From: an uncultured Pelagibacteraceae bacterium
GTDB taxonomy: Bacteria > Pseudomonadota > Alphaproteobacteria > Pelagibacterales > AG-422-B15
NCBI GenBank assembly: GCA_902521655.1
Contig: CABYSM010000003.1
Location: 15,297-79,296 of the forward strand
Direction: 5' to 3'
Length of the DNA stretch: 64,000 bases
Shown here in pieces: positions 34,618 through 44,045 of this stretch (positions are counted from its first letter, which is position 1; every line of letters begins with the position of its first letter). Position numbers and translations under genes: made by a program. The notes under the pieces are model-generated. The model worked only from the letters and a program-made list of their open reading frames with translations. It ran no database searches and was not told the DNA's origin.

Positions 34618-36079
34618 CAATATCCAGAATTATCAAATGTTCATAGATGGTCAATGGACTGAAGCAGAAAACAATCAAAGATTCGAAAGTACTAATCCTG
34701 AGAATAATAAACCTTGGTCTTCATTTCCAAATGCAACAGTCAATGATGTTAACAATGCTGTTGCAGCCGCTAAAAATGCATTTAAGTCGTGGTCATCAAG
34801 TGATGTAAAAATAAGAGCTCAATATCTTCGGGCAATAGGGGATCAGCTTAAGAATAACGCTGAGCATATTGGAAAAATAGAAACTATAGATAGTGGTAAA
34901 CTATGGAAGGAAACAAAATTTCAAGCTGAATATATGAAAGATTATTTTTACTATTATGCAGAGTTAGCTGAGAAAATGGAAAATACAAAAATTATTTCTG
35001 ATATAGATAAGCCTGATATGGAAGTTACTGAAGTAAGTGAACCAATAGGTGTTATCGCATGTATCATTCCGTGGAATTCACAGATGTTTTTAACAGCGAC
35101 TAAAGTTGCACCTGCACTGGCTGCAGGGAATACAGTGGTGATAAAATCATCAGAACTTGCTCCAGCTCCTTTAGCTGAATTTGCAAAATTAACAGAACAA
35201 GTAGAATTACCAAAAGGTGTAATAAATCTAGTGAGCGGTGGTGCAGAAGTTGGGAAAAATTTAACATCCCATAAAGATATAGGCAAAGTACTCTTTACTG
35301 GCGGGACCGAAACAGGATCTCATGTAATAAGAAATACAGCTAAAAATTTTGCACAGTTAACCCTTGAACTTGGAGGGAAATCGCCGGTTATAGTATTTGA
35401 GGACGCAGATATAGAGAATGCATTAAATAATATTACGACTGCTATCTTTTCTGGAAATGGCTGCAGTTGCATAGCTGGATCAGTATTGCTTCTGCATGAT
35501 AAAATTTATGATGAATTTCTTCATCAATTAAAAAATAGAGCTGAGAGTATTAAATTGGGTTCACCGCTTGATGCAGAAACTCAAATGGGACCATTAAATA
35601 ATCTCAAACAAGTAGAGTTCATCGAAAAAAACATTGAGTTATCTATTAAACAAGGAGCTAAAATATTATGTGGTGGCAAGCGGCAAAATAATTGTTATTT
35701 CCCACCAACAATTATTGAGTGTCCAGACAAATCAATCAATACAGCTAACACAGAACTTTTTGGACCAGTTCTCTCTGTGATCAGATTTAGTTCTGAAGCA
35801 GAGGCCGTAAATTTAGCAAATGATAATCGCTATGGCCTTTCATCAGGTGTGTTTAGTGAAAATAAAGAAATATGTGAGAGAGTGAGCAAAAAGATTGAAG
35901 CTGGTATTTGTTTTACAAATTGTTATAGGTTTATTTCATACGCTGCAAGTTTTGGCGGTAGAAAAAATAGTGGCTATGGACGAGAGAGCGGAGCTGAAGC
36001 AATAAGAGATATGCAATTAAGAAAAACTATCTGGACCTCAACTGCAAGAGTAACAGAGGACCCATTTAAGATCAGATAA
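34607..36079 (+). CDS. NAD(P)+-dependent aldehyde dehydrogenase
   Basis: 490 aa with FTGGTETG, the catalytic-Glu context LELGGKSP, the Cys region GNGCSCIAGS and EEIFGP-like TELFGPV. Confidence 0.85.
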   Translation: MTANNIQNYQMFIDGQWTEAENNQRFESTNPENNKPWSSFPNATVNDVNNAVAAAKNAFKSWSSSDVKIRAQYLRAIGDQLKNNAEHIGKIETIDSGKLWKETKFQAEYMKDYFYYYAELAEKMENTKIISDIDKPDMEVTEVSEPIGVIACIIPWNSQMFLTATKVAPALAAGNTVVIKSSELAPAPLAEFAKLTEQVELPKGVINLVSGGAEVGKNLTSHKDIGKVLFTGGTETGSHVIRNTAKNFAQLTLELGGKSPVIVFEDADIENALNNITTAIFSGNGCSCIAGSVLLLHDKIYDEFLHQLKNRAESIKLGSPLDAETQMGPLNNLKQVEFIEKNIELSIKQGAKILCGGKRQNNCYFPPTIIECPDKSINTANTELFGPVLSVIRFSSEAEAVNLANDNRYGLSSGVFSENKEICERVSKKIEAGICFTNCYRFISYAASFGGRKNSGYGRESGAEAIRDMQLRKTIWTSTARVTEDPFKIR

Positions 36080-36090
36080 ATACTTTTATT

Positions 36091-36360
36091 ATGTCTAGTA
36101 AACTTGAACAAGATATCTCAAAACTTGATTATTTATTGAATCAAATAAAAGAACCAATTGTTTGTGTTAAATGCTCAGATGAATTAACTCAAGGCCTAAC
36201 AGATGCAAAATCTATTCAGGATTATTCTAGAATCGATGTGGGTTTTACGAATCGAGGCCTTCAAATTTGGTGTCAAAGACATCAACTAAACATATGCCAC
36301 ATTAATTTTGATGGAAGTGAGCCAGAAGCAGACTTCAGGTGCCTTGAAAAAATAAAATAA
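36091..36360 (+). CDS. Small Cys/His-containing protein, unknown function
   Basis: 89 aa with C25-x2-C28, then C61, H64, C69-H70 and C84. It is the last gene of the 30363 operon, 11 nt after the ALDH stop. Confidence 0.45.
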   Translation: MSSKLEQDISKLDYLLNQIKEPIVCVKCSDELTQGLTDAKSIQDYSRIDVGFTNRGLQIWCQRHQLNICHINFDGSEPEADFRCLEKIK

Positions 36361-36464
36361 AATTTCAGTCTTGTTTTTTTTAATTTGATGATAATATAAG
36401 AATCAAAGAATGGGGCAAACCCCCTGATTTCTTGAAATGCAATGTTTTAAGAGGGAGAAAAAAC

Positions 36465-37892
36465 ATGACAAAAATAGTAATTTACGACTTAGAAACTTCA
36501 GGCATCGACTCAGCTTTTTCATCAATTTTACAGGCCGCGGCAGTATGTGTTGATGAAAATTTTAACGAAATAGATAGATTTAATTTAAGAGGAAAAATGA
36601 AGAAAGAGTACCCAATTCCTCACCCTAAAGCTTTATTAGTTAATGATGTTAGTGTTGACCAACTGCAAAATCATGAAAATTCAAATTTTTCTCTCATCAG
36701 TGAGATTCAGAAAAAGTTTCTCTCTTGGGGAGAGTGTATTTTTATTGGTTATAATTCTATAGGATTTGACGAGCATCATTTAAGACAAAGTTTTTATCAA
36801 TCAGCACTACCACCTTATTTAACAAATACGAATGGAAATAAAAGAGGTGACGCTTTAAAGTTGCTCCACACAGCATCAGCTTCACACCCCAATGCCTTTG
36901 TACGACCTATAAACAATGATACAGGAAAGCCAACTTTCCAACTATCTGAATTTGCTCGAGTTAATAACATTTCACAAGAGAAAGCTCATGACGCATTATA
37001 TGACGTTGAAGCAACTTTAGAGGTTTGCAGATTAATAAAAGAAAGATGTCCTGATGTATGGGTATCCGCAATGCAAACTGCTTCTAAATCTGATGTTTAT
37101 GCAAAAATAGATCAGGATAAAGTTTTTTGTGCAAGTCGTTTCTTTAGGGGAAAAGAATATACACATGGTATCACTTACTTAACAAAAAACCCAAGTTACG
37201 AGAATCATATTTATTGTTTTGACTTAAAGCATGATCCAGAAACTATATTTGATTTAGATAGAGCTGATTTAAAGAAGTTGTTTAAAGGAAAAAATAAATG
37301 CTTTCATATTATTAAAGCTAACGAACAGCCCATATTACTCGATGAGCAGTATTTATACCAAAGCGAAGAGTATAAAAATGAAAACCCAGATACAATTGCT
37401 AAACGAATGAAAATGATTAGATCAAACAAATCATTTATTGAGAAATTTCAAAATTTATTGATCGATATGCAGGATGATAAAAATTTAAGTCAAGATCAGT
37501 CTGATAAACCACTCGAGAGGCAAATATATGATGGATTTCCAGACTCAAAAGATAATTATTTAATGTCAGATTTTCATGCTGCGATTCCTGAAAAAAAATT
37601 TGAAATTGCAGAGAAGATTAAGGATATGCGCTACAAAGAATTTGCGAAGAGGGTTATGTATAATGAATATTCAGACTATTTGCCCGAAAAAGAGCTAATA
37701 AAAAGAGATCAGCTAGTAGCAAGAAATCACCTCACCTTAGATGAGAAATCTTGGTGTACAATTCCACAAGCGCTTAATGCAATTGATGACTTAAGAGAGT
37801 CTGAAGAAGAAGTTAATCTGTCACGCCTTGATGAAATAGATGAATATATACAACGTTTAGGTAATGCGTTTGAGGAAAGGTTAAAGGGTTAA
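36465..37892 (+). CDS. sbcB: Exodeoxyribonuclease I
   Basis: DEDDh motifs: IVIYDLETSG, GYNSIGFDEHHLR and HDALYDV. Starting at the ATG at 36465 gives 475 aa and places GAGGGAG upstream. The track's TTG at 36432 is unlikely. Confidence 0.85.
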   Translation: MTKIVIYDLETSGIDSAFSSILQAAAVCVDENFNEIDRFNLRGKMKKEYPIPHPKALLVNDVSVDQLQNHENSNFSLISEIQKKFLSWGECIFIGYNSIGFDEHHLRQSFYQSALPPYLTNTNGNKRGDALKLLHTASASHPNAFVRPINNDTGKPTFQLSEFARVNNISQEKAHDALYDVEATLEVCRLIKERCPDVWVSAMQTASKSDVYAKIDQDKVFCASRFFRGKEYTHGITYLTKNPSYENHIYCFDLKHDPETIFDLDRADLKKLFKGKNKCFHIIKANEQPILLDEQYLYQSEEYKNENPDTIAKRMKMIRSNKSFIEKFQNLLIDMQDDKNLSQDQSDKPLERQIYDGFPDSKDNYLMSDFHAAIPEKKFEIAEKIKDMRYKEFAKRVMYNEYSDYLPEKELIKRDQLVARNHLTLDEKSWCTIPQALNAIDDLRESEEEVNLSRLDEIDEYIQRLGNAFEERLKG

Positions 37893-37895
37893 GTC

Positions 37896-38822
37896 ATGGA
37901 GAATTATTTATTATCAATTTTTATAATCATTATTATTGCGGTTATCAGTTTCTTAATTGGTCTCTACATGAGATCATCAAAATCACTTTCAGGAGTTGAC
38001 GAAATTTTTAAAAAATTAGACGAAGAAAGTGCTAAATGGGATGACCGATATCAGCCTGTAAGAGAATTATCTGATGCGCTTAAAGGCGGAACGAGGAGAG
38101 GTAAGCTTGGTGAAGTTGCCCTTGAAATACTTTTGGAAAGAGCACGCCTTCCTAAAATGATAGTTTTTGACCGAAATAAAAGATTTCAAGATAGTGAAAA
38201 TAAAATAAAAGAACCGGATTTTATAATCCATCTGCCTGATGAGAGACAACTGGTAATTGATTGCAAGTTTTCTTTTGATGACTGGGAAAAATATAATAAG
38301 GCTATAGAACAAGGGGAGTCAAAGAAACAAATTGAATTGTATCATAAAGAGTATATTCGTTCAGTAAAGAAGATGATAGATGATACACATGAACGTGATT
38401 ACTCAAAACTACCTGATATTAAATCTATAGACGCAACAATAATATATTTCCCTTTAGCAAACGTATTTGAATCATTTGAAGATCAATTTCAAGATCTTAT
38501 TGAATATGCTCAAGATAAAAATATTCTTTTATCAAATCCAACAATAATTATTTACATAATCAGCATAGTGAGAAAACTTTGGTCGCAGGAACAAAGAAAT
38601 AAAAACAATGATTTGGTAAAAACTTATGTTGAGCGTATCTATGACCAAATTGAGGGATTAGACTCTACTTTGAAAAAAAATATTAAAAGTCTAGAAGGTG
38701 TGACAGAGGATACTAGAAAGTTAAGAAAGAAACTGAGAGAAGGCAATAATAGCTTGGTCGAATTAGCTAAGAAAGTAATTGATTTGATAATTGGTACACC
38801 AAAAAAGAAAATGGATGATTAA
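37896..38822 (+). CDS. rmuC: DNA recombination protein RmuC (short form)
   Basis: 308 aa with an N-terminal TM segment, RGKLGEVALEILLE and PDFIIHLPDERQLVIDCKF (restriction-endonuclease-like core). Confidence 0.75.
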   Translation: MENYLLSIFIIIIIAVISFLIGLYMRSSKSLSGVDEIFKKLDEESAKWDDRYQPVRELSDALKGGTRRGKLGEVALEILLERARLPKMIVFDRNKRFQDSENKIKEPDFIIHLPDERQLVIDCKFSFDDWEKYNKAIEQGESKKQIELYHKEYIRSVKKMIDDTHERDYSKLPDIKSIDATIIYFPLANVFESFEDQFQDLIEYAQDKNILLSNPTIIIYIISIVRKLWSQEQRNKNNDLVKTYVERIYDQIEGLDSTLKKNIKSLEGVTEDTRKLRKKLREGNNSLVELAKKVIDLIIGTPKKKMDD

Positions 38823-38873
38823 AAAAATATAATAAAATCAATATTTTAATAACATTTTTAGTGGCCTTTAACC

Positions 38874-38902
38874 TTGACTTTAGGCCTCTCCGTACTTACA
38901 TT
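38874..38902 (+). promoter_or_regulatory. Candidate sigma70-type promoter TTGACT-N17-TACATT upstream of trxA
   Basis: The -35 element is at 38874-38879 and the -10 at 38897-38902. An AAAGGAA ribosome-binding region precedes the ATG at 38929. Confidence 0.45.
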
Positions 38903-38928
38903 ACAACCAACTCAATAAAGGAATCACT

Positions 38929-39252
38929 ATGGCTACGAAAAATATTACAGACGCAACTTTTGAGGAAGAAGTTTTAAAATCTGATAAACCTGTCGTACTC
39001 GATTTTTGGGCGCCTTGGTGCGGTCCTTGTAAAATGATTGGTCCATCTTTAGAAGAAATCTCAGACGAAATGGCTGATAAGATTACTGTTGCTAAAGTCA
39101 ACATTGATGAGAATCCAGAAACGCCTACTAAATATGGTGTAAGAGGAATCCCAACAATGCTTGTATTTAAAAATGGTGAAGCTGCAGCAACTAAAGTTGG
39201 AGCTGTATCAAAGACAGCTATCGTGGAGTGGATTGAAGACTCAATCGCCTAA
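38929..39252 (+). CDS. trxA: Thioredoxin
   Basis: 107 aa with the active site WAPWCGPCK. Confidence 0.95.
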   Translation: MATKNITDATFEEEVLKSDKPVVLDFWAPWCGPCKMIGPSLEEISDEMADKITVAKVNIDENPETPTKYGVRGIPTMLVFKNGEAAATKVGAVSKTAIVEWIEDSIA

Positions 39253-40535
39253 TTAACTTCTAAAACTTTTCCAGCTAGATATAGAGAGCCGCAAATTAAT
39301 ATGCGTGTATTCTCATTTGCTTCATTAACACTTTTTACTGCTTCAGAAATTGAACTTGAAATTGTAACTTTGGAACATTGATCTTTAAGTTTATTTTTGA
39401 GTTCATCTGCTGGGATTGCATTGTCCTCACTCGGAATCGTTATTGTTGTAATCGAGAAGCAATTGCTAAATTGTCTGATATAGGCTTCAGGATCTTTTGT
39501 ATTAATCATTCCAATAATGATGCATAACTTTTTTTCTGGCAAATTCTTGAGTGTCTTATTCAAATTAAATGCAGCATCAACATTATGTGATCCATCTAAG
39601 TAAAGTTCATTTGATGGTTTCATTTTTGAATATAACTTACCATCCTCTATTTTTTGCATTCGGCCAGGGAAATAAATAGATTTATGTTTTTGGTCTTTTA
39701 AGAATTCTCTTACCTCTATGTTTGGTAATTGAGATATTGCAGCAATTGCAAGCCCAATATTTTTCTTTTGAAATTCATTTTGATCATCGAAATTAGAAAA
39801 TTCTAATGTACTTGTATCGTCTTCATAAATGAGGGCGCCATTTTGTTCCGTCATGTTCCAGTGTATTCCATGAGCAAAAACAGGAGCTTCATTGTGCTCT
39901 GCTTGATTTATCAACATCTCTTTTGCTTCAGGATAGGGTTGATACCCAATAATTGCCGGAGTCTTAGGTTTAATAATACCAGATTTTTCGAATGCAATTT
40001 TCTCAATGCTATTCCCCAGGAAATCCTGGTGATCGAAAGATATTGATGAAATTATTGAGATTAATGGGTCTATTACATTACTGCTATCAAGTCTTCCGCC
40101 AAGCCCTACCTCTAGCAGAGTATAATCAGTACGTGAGTTTGATGCCGCCTCAAAAAATGCTCCAGAAGTACTTTCAAAAAATGTTATTTCTGAACCTTCA
40201 TTTATGTTCTTAATTTTGTTTAAAAGATCAAATAAGTCTTCATTTGTTATTTGTTTATCATTTAACTCAAAACGTTCATTAAATCTGACCAGATGAGGAG
40301 ATATGTAGGCATTGGTAGACTTATTATTGTATCTGAGTATTTCTTGAATAAATCTTAGTGTAGAATATTTTCCATTAGTACCTGCTATATGCAATATATT
40401 GTTAATTTTGTTTTGTGGATTTCCTAACTTATTTAAAAGTATTTTAATTCGATCTAAAGAAAGATCGATTTTCTTAGGGTGTAGTTTTAATAATTCTTCT
40501 AAAAGATTATCGATTTGAACATTAGAGATACTCAA
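39249..40535 (-). CDS. folC: Bifunctional folylpolyglutamate synthase / dihydrofolate synthase
   Basis: 428 aa with the P-loop HIAGTNGKYST and Mur-ligase layout. It has a 4-nt convergent overlap with trxA. Confidence 0.85.
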   Translation of the reverse strand: MSISNVQIDNLLEELLKLHPKKIDLSLDRIKILLNKLGNPQNKINNILHIAGTNGKYSTLRFIQEILRYNNKSTNAYISPHLVRFNERFELNDKQITNEDLFDLLNKIKNINEGSEITFFESTSGAFFEAASNSRTDYTLLEVGLGGRLDSSNVIDPLISIISSISFDHQDFLGNSIEKIAFEKSGIIKPKTPAIIGYQPYPEAKEMLINQAEHNEAPVFAHGIHWNMTEQNGALIYEDDTSTLEFSNFDDQNEFQKKNIGLAIAAISQLPNIEVREFLKDQKHKSIYFPGRMQKIEDGKLYSKMKPSNELYLDGSHNVDAAFNLNKTLKNLPEKKLCIIIGMINTKDPEAYIRQFSNCFSITTITIPSEDNAIPADELKNKLKDQCSKVTISSSISEAVKSVNEANENTRILICGSLYLAGKVLEVN

Positions 40536-41390
40536 TTAAGCAACTCGTTTTAATAACAGTGAAATAATTTGAGATAATTTATTTTTTAAATCTTTTCTAT
40601 GTACTACTTGATCTATAAATCCATGATCAAGCAAATATTCAGATCGCTGGAAACCATCAGGAAGAGTTTCGCCAACAGTATTAGATATAACTCTAGGTCC
40701 AGCAAAACAAATTAGTGCATTCGGTTCAGCCAATGTAACAGATCCAAGGGATCCAAATGAAGCAGTTACCCCGCCACTTGTTGGATTAGTATTTACTACG
40801 ATGTAAGGTAATTTAGCGTCCTTAACCATTTGACAAGCAATGGTTGTTTTTGGAAGTGACTGAAGTGAGTGCTGATTTTCATCCATTCTTGCTCCGCCTG
40901 AGCAGGTAAAAACAATTAATGGTGTATGATTTGTCACTGAGTGCTCTGCAGCTTTTATCATGGCTTCTGCTGCGGAAGCCCCAACGGAGCCCCCCATGAA
41001 ATGAAAATTCTGGGCAGCAATTGTTACATTCATATTATCTATCTTGCCAAAACCGATCAAAAAGCAATCGTCCATATCTGTTTTAGAGCGAGCCTCACTG
41101 AACCTTTCTTTGTAAGTCTTTAGGGCCTTGAAATTTAATGGGTCACTAAAACCTGAGGGATATTTTATTTCTTCAAAAACTCCTCCATCAAAGAGACCTT
41201 TAAACCTAGCACGGGGATGGATTTGCAAATGCTCGTCGCAATTGGGACATACAAATAATGTTGATTCTAGATCACTTGAATAGAGCATAGTTTGGCACTG
41301 AGGACATTTAATCCAGGAATTCTCGGCGATATCTAAACTTTTTTTCTTACGTGGGAAAACTTTTGATATTGTTCTTGTAAGCCAATTCAT
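40536..41390 (-). CDS. accD: Acetyl-CoA carboxylase carboxyltransferase beta subunit
   Basis: 284 aa with the N-terminal zinc ribbon CPQC...CPNC and GGSVGASAAE. Confidence 0.9.
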   Translation of the reverse strand: MNWLTRTISKVFPRKKKSLDIAENSWIKCPQCQTMLYSSDLESTLFVCPNCDEHLQIHPRARFKGLFDGGVFEEIKYPSGFSDPLNFKALKTYKERFSEARSKTDMDDCFLIGFGKIDNMNVTIAAQNFHFMGGSVGASAAEAMIKAAEHSVTNHTPLIVFTCSGGARMDENQHSLQSLPKTTIACQMVKDAKLPYIVVNTNPTSGGVTASFGSLGSVTLAEPNALICFAGPRVISNTVGETLPDGFQRSEYLLDHGFIDQVVHRKDLKNKLSQIISLLLKRVA

Positions 41391-42181
41391 GATTTTAATT
41401 TATTTGTAAGTTTTTTAACCATTGCACCAATATTGGTGGCTGGATTCTGTCCCTCACTCACTGACTTAGATATTTCCCTGCAAAGAGCGGATCCTACTAC
41501 ACAAGCGTCAGTGTCTTTAAACTCTCCAATTGTTTCTTCAGTAATCCCAAATCCAATAATACATTTCTTCTCAGGTGCTATTGTCTTAATTAAATTAAAC
41601 CTGTCCTTGATTTCACGTGGACTCACTTTTAATTTTTGTCCAGTGGTTGATAACATAGAAATATAATAAACAATATCATGAGCATCGTTCAAAATTAATT
41701 TTAACCTCTTCTCATTTGTTGTGGGACAAAGTAGTTGAATGAAATCTATATTACTGTTTTTACATTTAGCTGCAAAATTAAGGTTAAGAGGCCATGGCCA
41801 ATCCACACAAATAATTCCTGCCACCTTGCTCTCTACACACTTGCTTAAAAAACTATCTTCACCGTATGACATTATTTTATTTTGATAGGTCATTATGATT
41901 ACATTCGTATCAAATTCATTTCTTAATGTTTTAATTATATCAAATACATCGTCTGTTTTTATACCGTTAGAAAGTGCTCTGTATGTGCCATCTTGAATTG
42001 CACCTCCATCACCAATGTTTGCACCATGGCCCAGTCCACATTCAATAACATCAGCTCCTGATCGGGCTATTTCCCTGAAAATTTCAAGGGAAGTTTCTTT
42101 GTTTGGATCTCCGCCAACTGTATAGGTCAAGAAAGCTACATTATTTTGATTAAAAGCATCTAATAACGGTGAGTTGGTCAT
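41387..42181 (-). CDS. trpA: Tryptophan synthase alpha chain
   Basis: 264 aa. It sits in a trpF-trpB-trpA string and has TIM-barrel stretches: ADVIECG and GFGI. Confidence 0.85.
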   Translation of the reverse strand: MTNSPLLDAFNQNNVAFLTYTVGGDPNKETSLEIFREIARSGADVIECGLGHGANIGDGGAIQDGTYRALSNGIKTDDVFDIIKTLRNEFDTNVIIMTYQNKIMSYGEDSFLSKCVESKVAGIICVDWPWPLNLNFAAKCKNSNIDFIQLLCPTTNEKRLKLILNDAHDIVYYISMLSTTGQKLKVSPREIKDRFNLIKTIAPEKKCIIGFGITEETIGEFKDTDACVVGSALCREISKSVSEGQNPATNIGAMVKKLTNKLKS

Positions 42182-43410
42182 ATCTTATATCCTAAACGTT
42201 CAGCTATTATTCTAGAATCTTTTGCGGAGTCTCCGCACGAGTCGACTACAATGACTGTGTCCTTACTTAAAGATGGAGCAATTTTTATTGCTTCAGCAAA
42301 GGCATGAGAAGGTTCTAGAGAAGGACTTACAAAACCTTCCATTCTACTTACCAATTGAAAAGCACTAATCGCTTCCTCATCAGTTGCAGAAGTATATCTT
42401 GCTCTACCAGACTCTTTAAGAAAACAGTGCAGCGGTGAAACACCTGGATAGTCTAATCCTGCGCTAATAGACGCTGTTTCTTCAATCTCTCCTTGATTAT
42501 CTTGAATTACATATTGTGTTGCTCCGTGAAGAACGCCTAAAGGAGAATTATTAGTAAGAGGGGCTGCATGCATTGAGGACCCTTCAGGCCCACCAGCTTC
42601 TACTCCAATTAATTCAACATTATCATGATCTATCCATTCATTCCAAAACCCAGCTGCAGAGGATCCTCCTCCAACACAGTTAATCAGTTTCATGTCTTTA
42701 GGGATCTCACCAAATTCATCAATCACTTGTTTTTTCATTTCCCGAGAAATTTGCGCAGTAGACCATGCACATATTTTTACAAATATTGTTGGTCCAACCG
42801 TACTGCCAACACACATGTGTGCCTGCTCGTTTTCACTAGTCCACCATCTCATACATTCTGAAACAGCATCCACAAGTGTTTGAGATCCTGAATCAACAGG
42901 AATAACTTCTGCACCATAACTTCTCATTGAAAATACATTAATCGATTGTCGCTCAATGTCTTTAGAACCCATAAATATTTTACATTTCAAATTGAATTTT
43001 GCAGCAGCCATACTCAACATCTTTCCTGCATAACCTGCGCCTGTATCTCCACCAATATAAGTTTTTCCTAATCTCTTACAGATGAGACTATGAACTACGG
43101 CGTTATATGCTTTATGTGCTCCACCAGTAGCTTTTGAAACGAGCTTGCAATAAATTTGTGCTCCACCAAGGTGTTTAGTAAGGTTTTCTAGTTTTATGAA
43201 AGGAGTTGGAGCTCCTATAAAGTTTTCAAAATAAAAATCTCTCTCAGCAATGAACGTTTCGTCATTTCTCAGTTTCTCAAACTCTTTAGTTAATTCTTCA
43301 ATGGGGTGATTTAAACTTTCCGCAATCTGATTTCCACCAAACTTTCCTCCCCAGTAACCGTTTTCATCATGCTGATCAATAAGTGGAGTGCCCTTTTGTA
43401 ATTCGATCAT
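42178..43410 (-). CDS. trpB: Tryptophan synthase beta chain
   Basis: 410 aa with GYWGGKFGGNQI, PLP-Lys context GGAHKAYN, DTGAGYAG, RQSINVFSMRSYGAEV and GGGSSAAG. Confidence 0.85.
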   Translation of the reverse strand: MIELQKGTPLIDQHDENGYWGGKFGGNQIAESLNHPIEELTKEFEKLRNDETFIAERDFYFENFIGAPTPFIKLENLTKHLGGAQIYCKLVSKATGGAHKAYNAVVHSLICKRLGKTYIGGDTGAGYAGKMLSMAAAKFNLKCKIFMGSKDIERQSINVFSMRSYGAEVIPVDSGSQTLVDAVSECMRWWTSENEQAHMCVGSTVGPTIFVKICAWSTAQISREMKKQVIDEFGEIPKDMKLINCVGGGSSAAGFWNEWIDHDNVELIGVEAGGPEGSSMHAAPLTNNSPLGVLHGATQYVIQDNQGEIEETASISAGLDYPGVSPLHCFLKESGRARYTSATDEEAISAFQLVSRMEGFVSPSLEPSHAFAEAIKIAPSLSKDTVIVVDSCGDSAKDSRIIAERLGYKI

Positions 43411-44045
43411 ATAATATTTTTTGCTTTATCAATAAATTCAGTAATTAATTGTTTATCTTTTATACCCTCTGAATCCTCAACACCAGAACTAACATCAAAA
43501 TAACTAGTCTTTTTAAGGTTTATAGCTGAGATTATATTGTCTTTGTTAAGTCCTCCTGAAAGAAAAAAGTTCTTAGTTATCGATAAATTCTTAATTATCT
43601 TCCAATCAAATCTATGGCCAGTCCCGCCTTGAGTATTAGCTTGAGGAGGTGAATCAAGTAAGAAATATTCTACAAATGGTTCATATTTAACTAATTCATC
43701 TAAGTCATGAGAAGAAGAAATTCCAAAGGCTTTAATAATCTTAAAACCAAACTTTAATTTTATTCTTTCGACCATTTCAAGAGTTTCGTGACCATGTAGT
43801 TGAATATATTGAAAACCAATTCTCAATAAATCATCTAATAAATTATCATCTGGATTAACTGTAACGGCAACAGGTATGGTTTGATCTTTTATCTTAGATA
43901 AAATTTCCTCGCAATTTTCAACAGTAATGTTTCTGTGGGATTTTTCATAAAAAATAAACCCTATAAAGCTTGCACCAGCATCAATTGCATGCTGTGCCAT
44001 TTCTTGGTTTTTTACGCCACAAATTTTAATTTGGATATCACTCAC
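43407..44045 (-). CDS. trpF: Phosphoribosylanthranilate isomerase
   Basis: 212 aa with IKICGV, IQLHG, and the expected position upstream of trpBA. Confidence 0.85.
   Translation of the reverse strand: MSDIQIKICGVKNQEMAQHAIDAGASFIGFIFYEKSHRNITVENCEEILSKIKDQTIPVAVTVNPDDNLLDDLLRIGFQYIQLHGHETLEMVERIKLKFGFKIIKAFGISSSHDLDELVKYEPFVEYFLLDSPPQANTQGGTGHRFDWKIIKNLSITKNFFLSGGLNKDNIISAINLKKTSYFDVSSGVEDSEGIKDKQLITEFIDKAKNII

Noticed and set aside
36412-36423. GGGG-caaa-CCCC hairpin after the 30363-36360 operon, as an intrinsic terminator
   Set aside because: The stem is only 4 bp and the downstream sequence (CTGATTTCTT) is a poor U-tract. It may be a weak terminator or a structure in the sbcB leader, but it is not strong enough to annotate.
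36432-36464. TTG start proposed by the track for the exonuclease I gene
   Set aside because: The ATG at 36465 is preceded by GAGGGAG, yields the 475-aa length I recall for ExoI, and begins right before the first DEDD motif (IVIYDLETSG).
42178-43410. TrpB looked atypical (GGAHKAYN instead of the HTGAHKINN I remember), suggesting a TrpB2-type or repurposed paralogue
   Set aside because: The rest of the protein keeps TrpB1-style landmarks (GYWGGKFGG, DTGAGYAG, RQSINVFSM, GGGSSAAG). It also sits in a canonical trpF-trpB-trpA string with 4-nt overlaps. Divergence typical of a fast-evolving AT-rich lineage is the simpler explanation.
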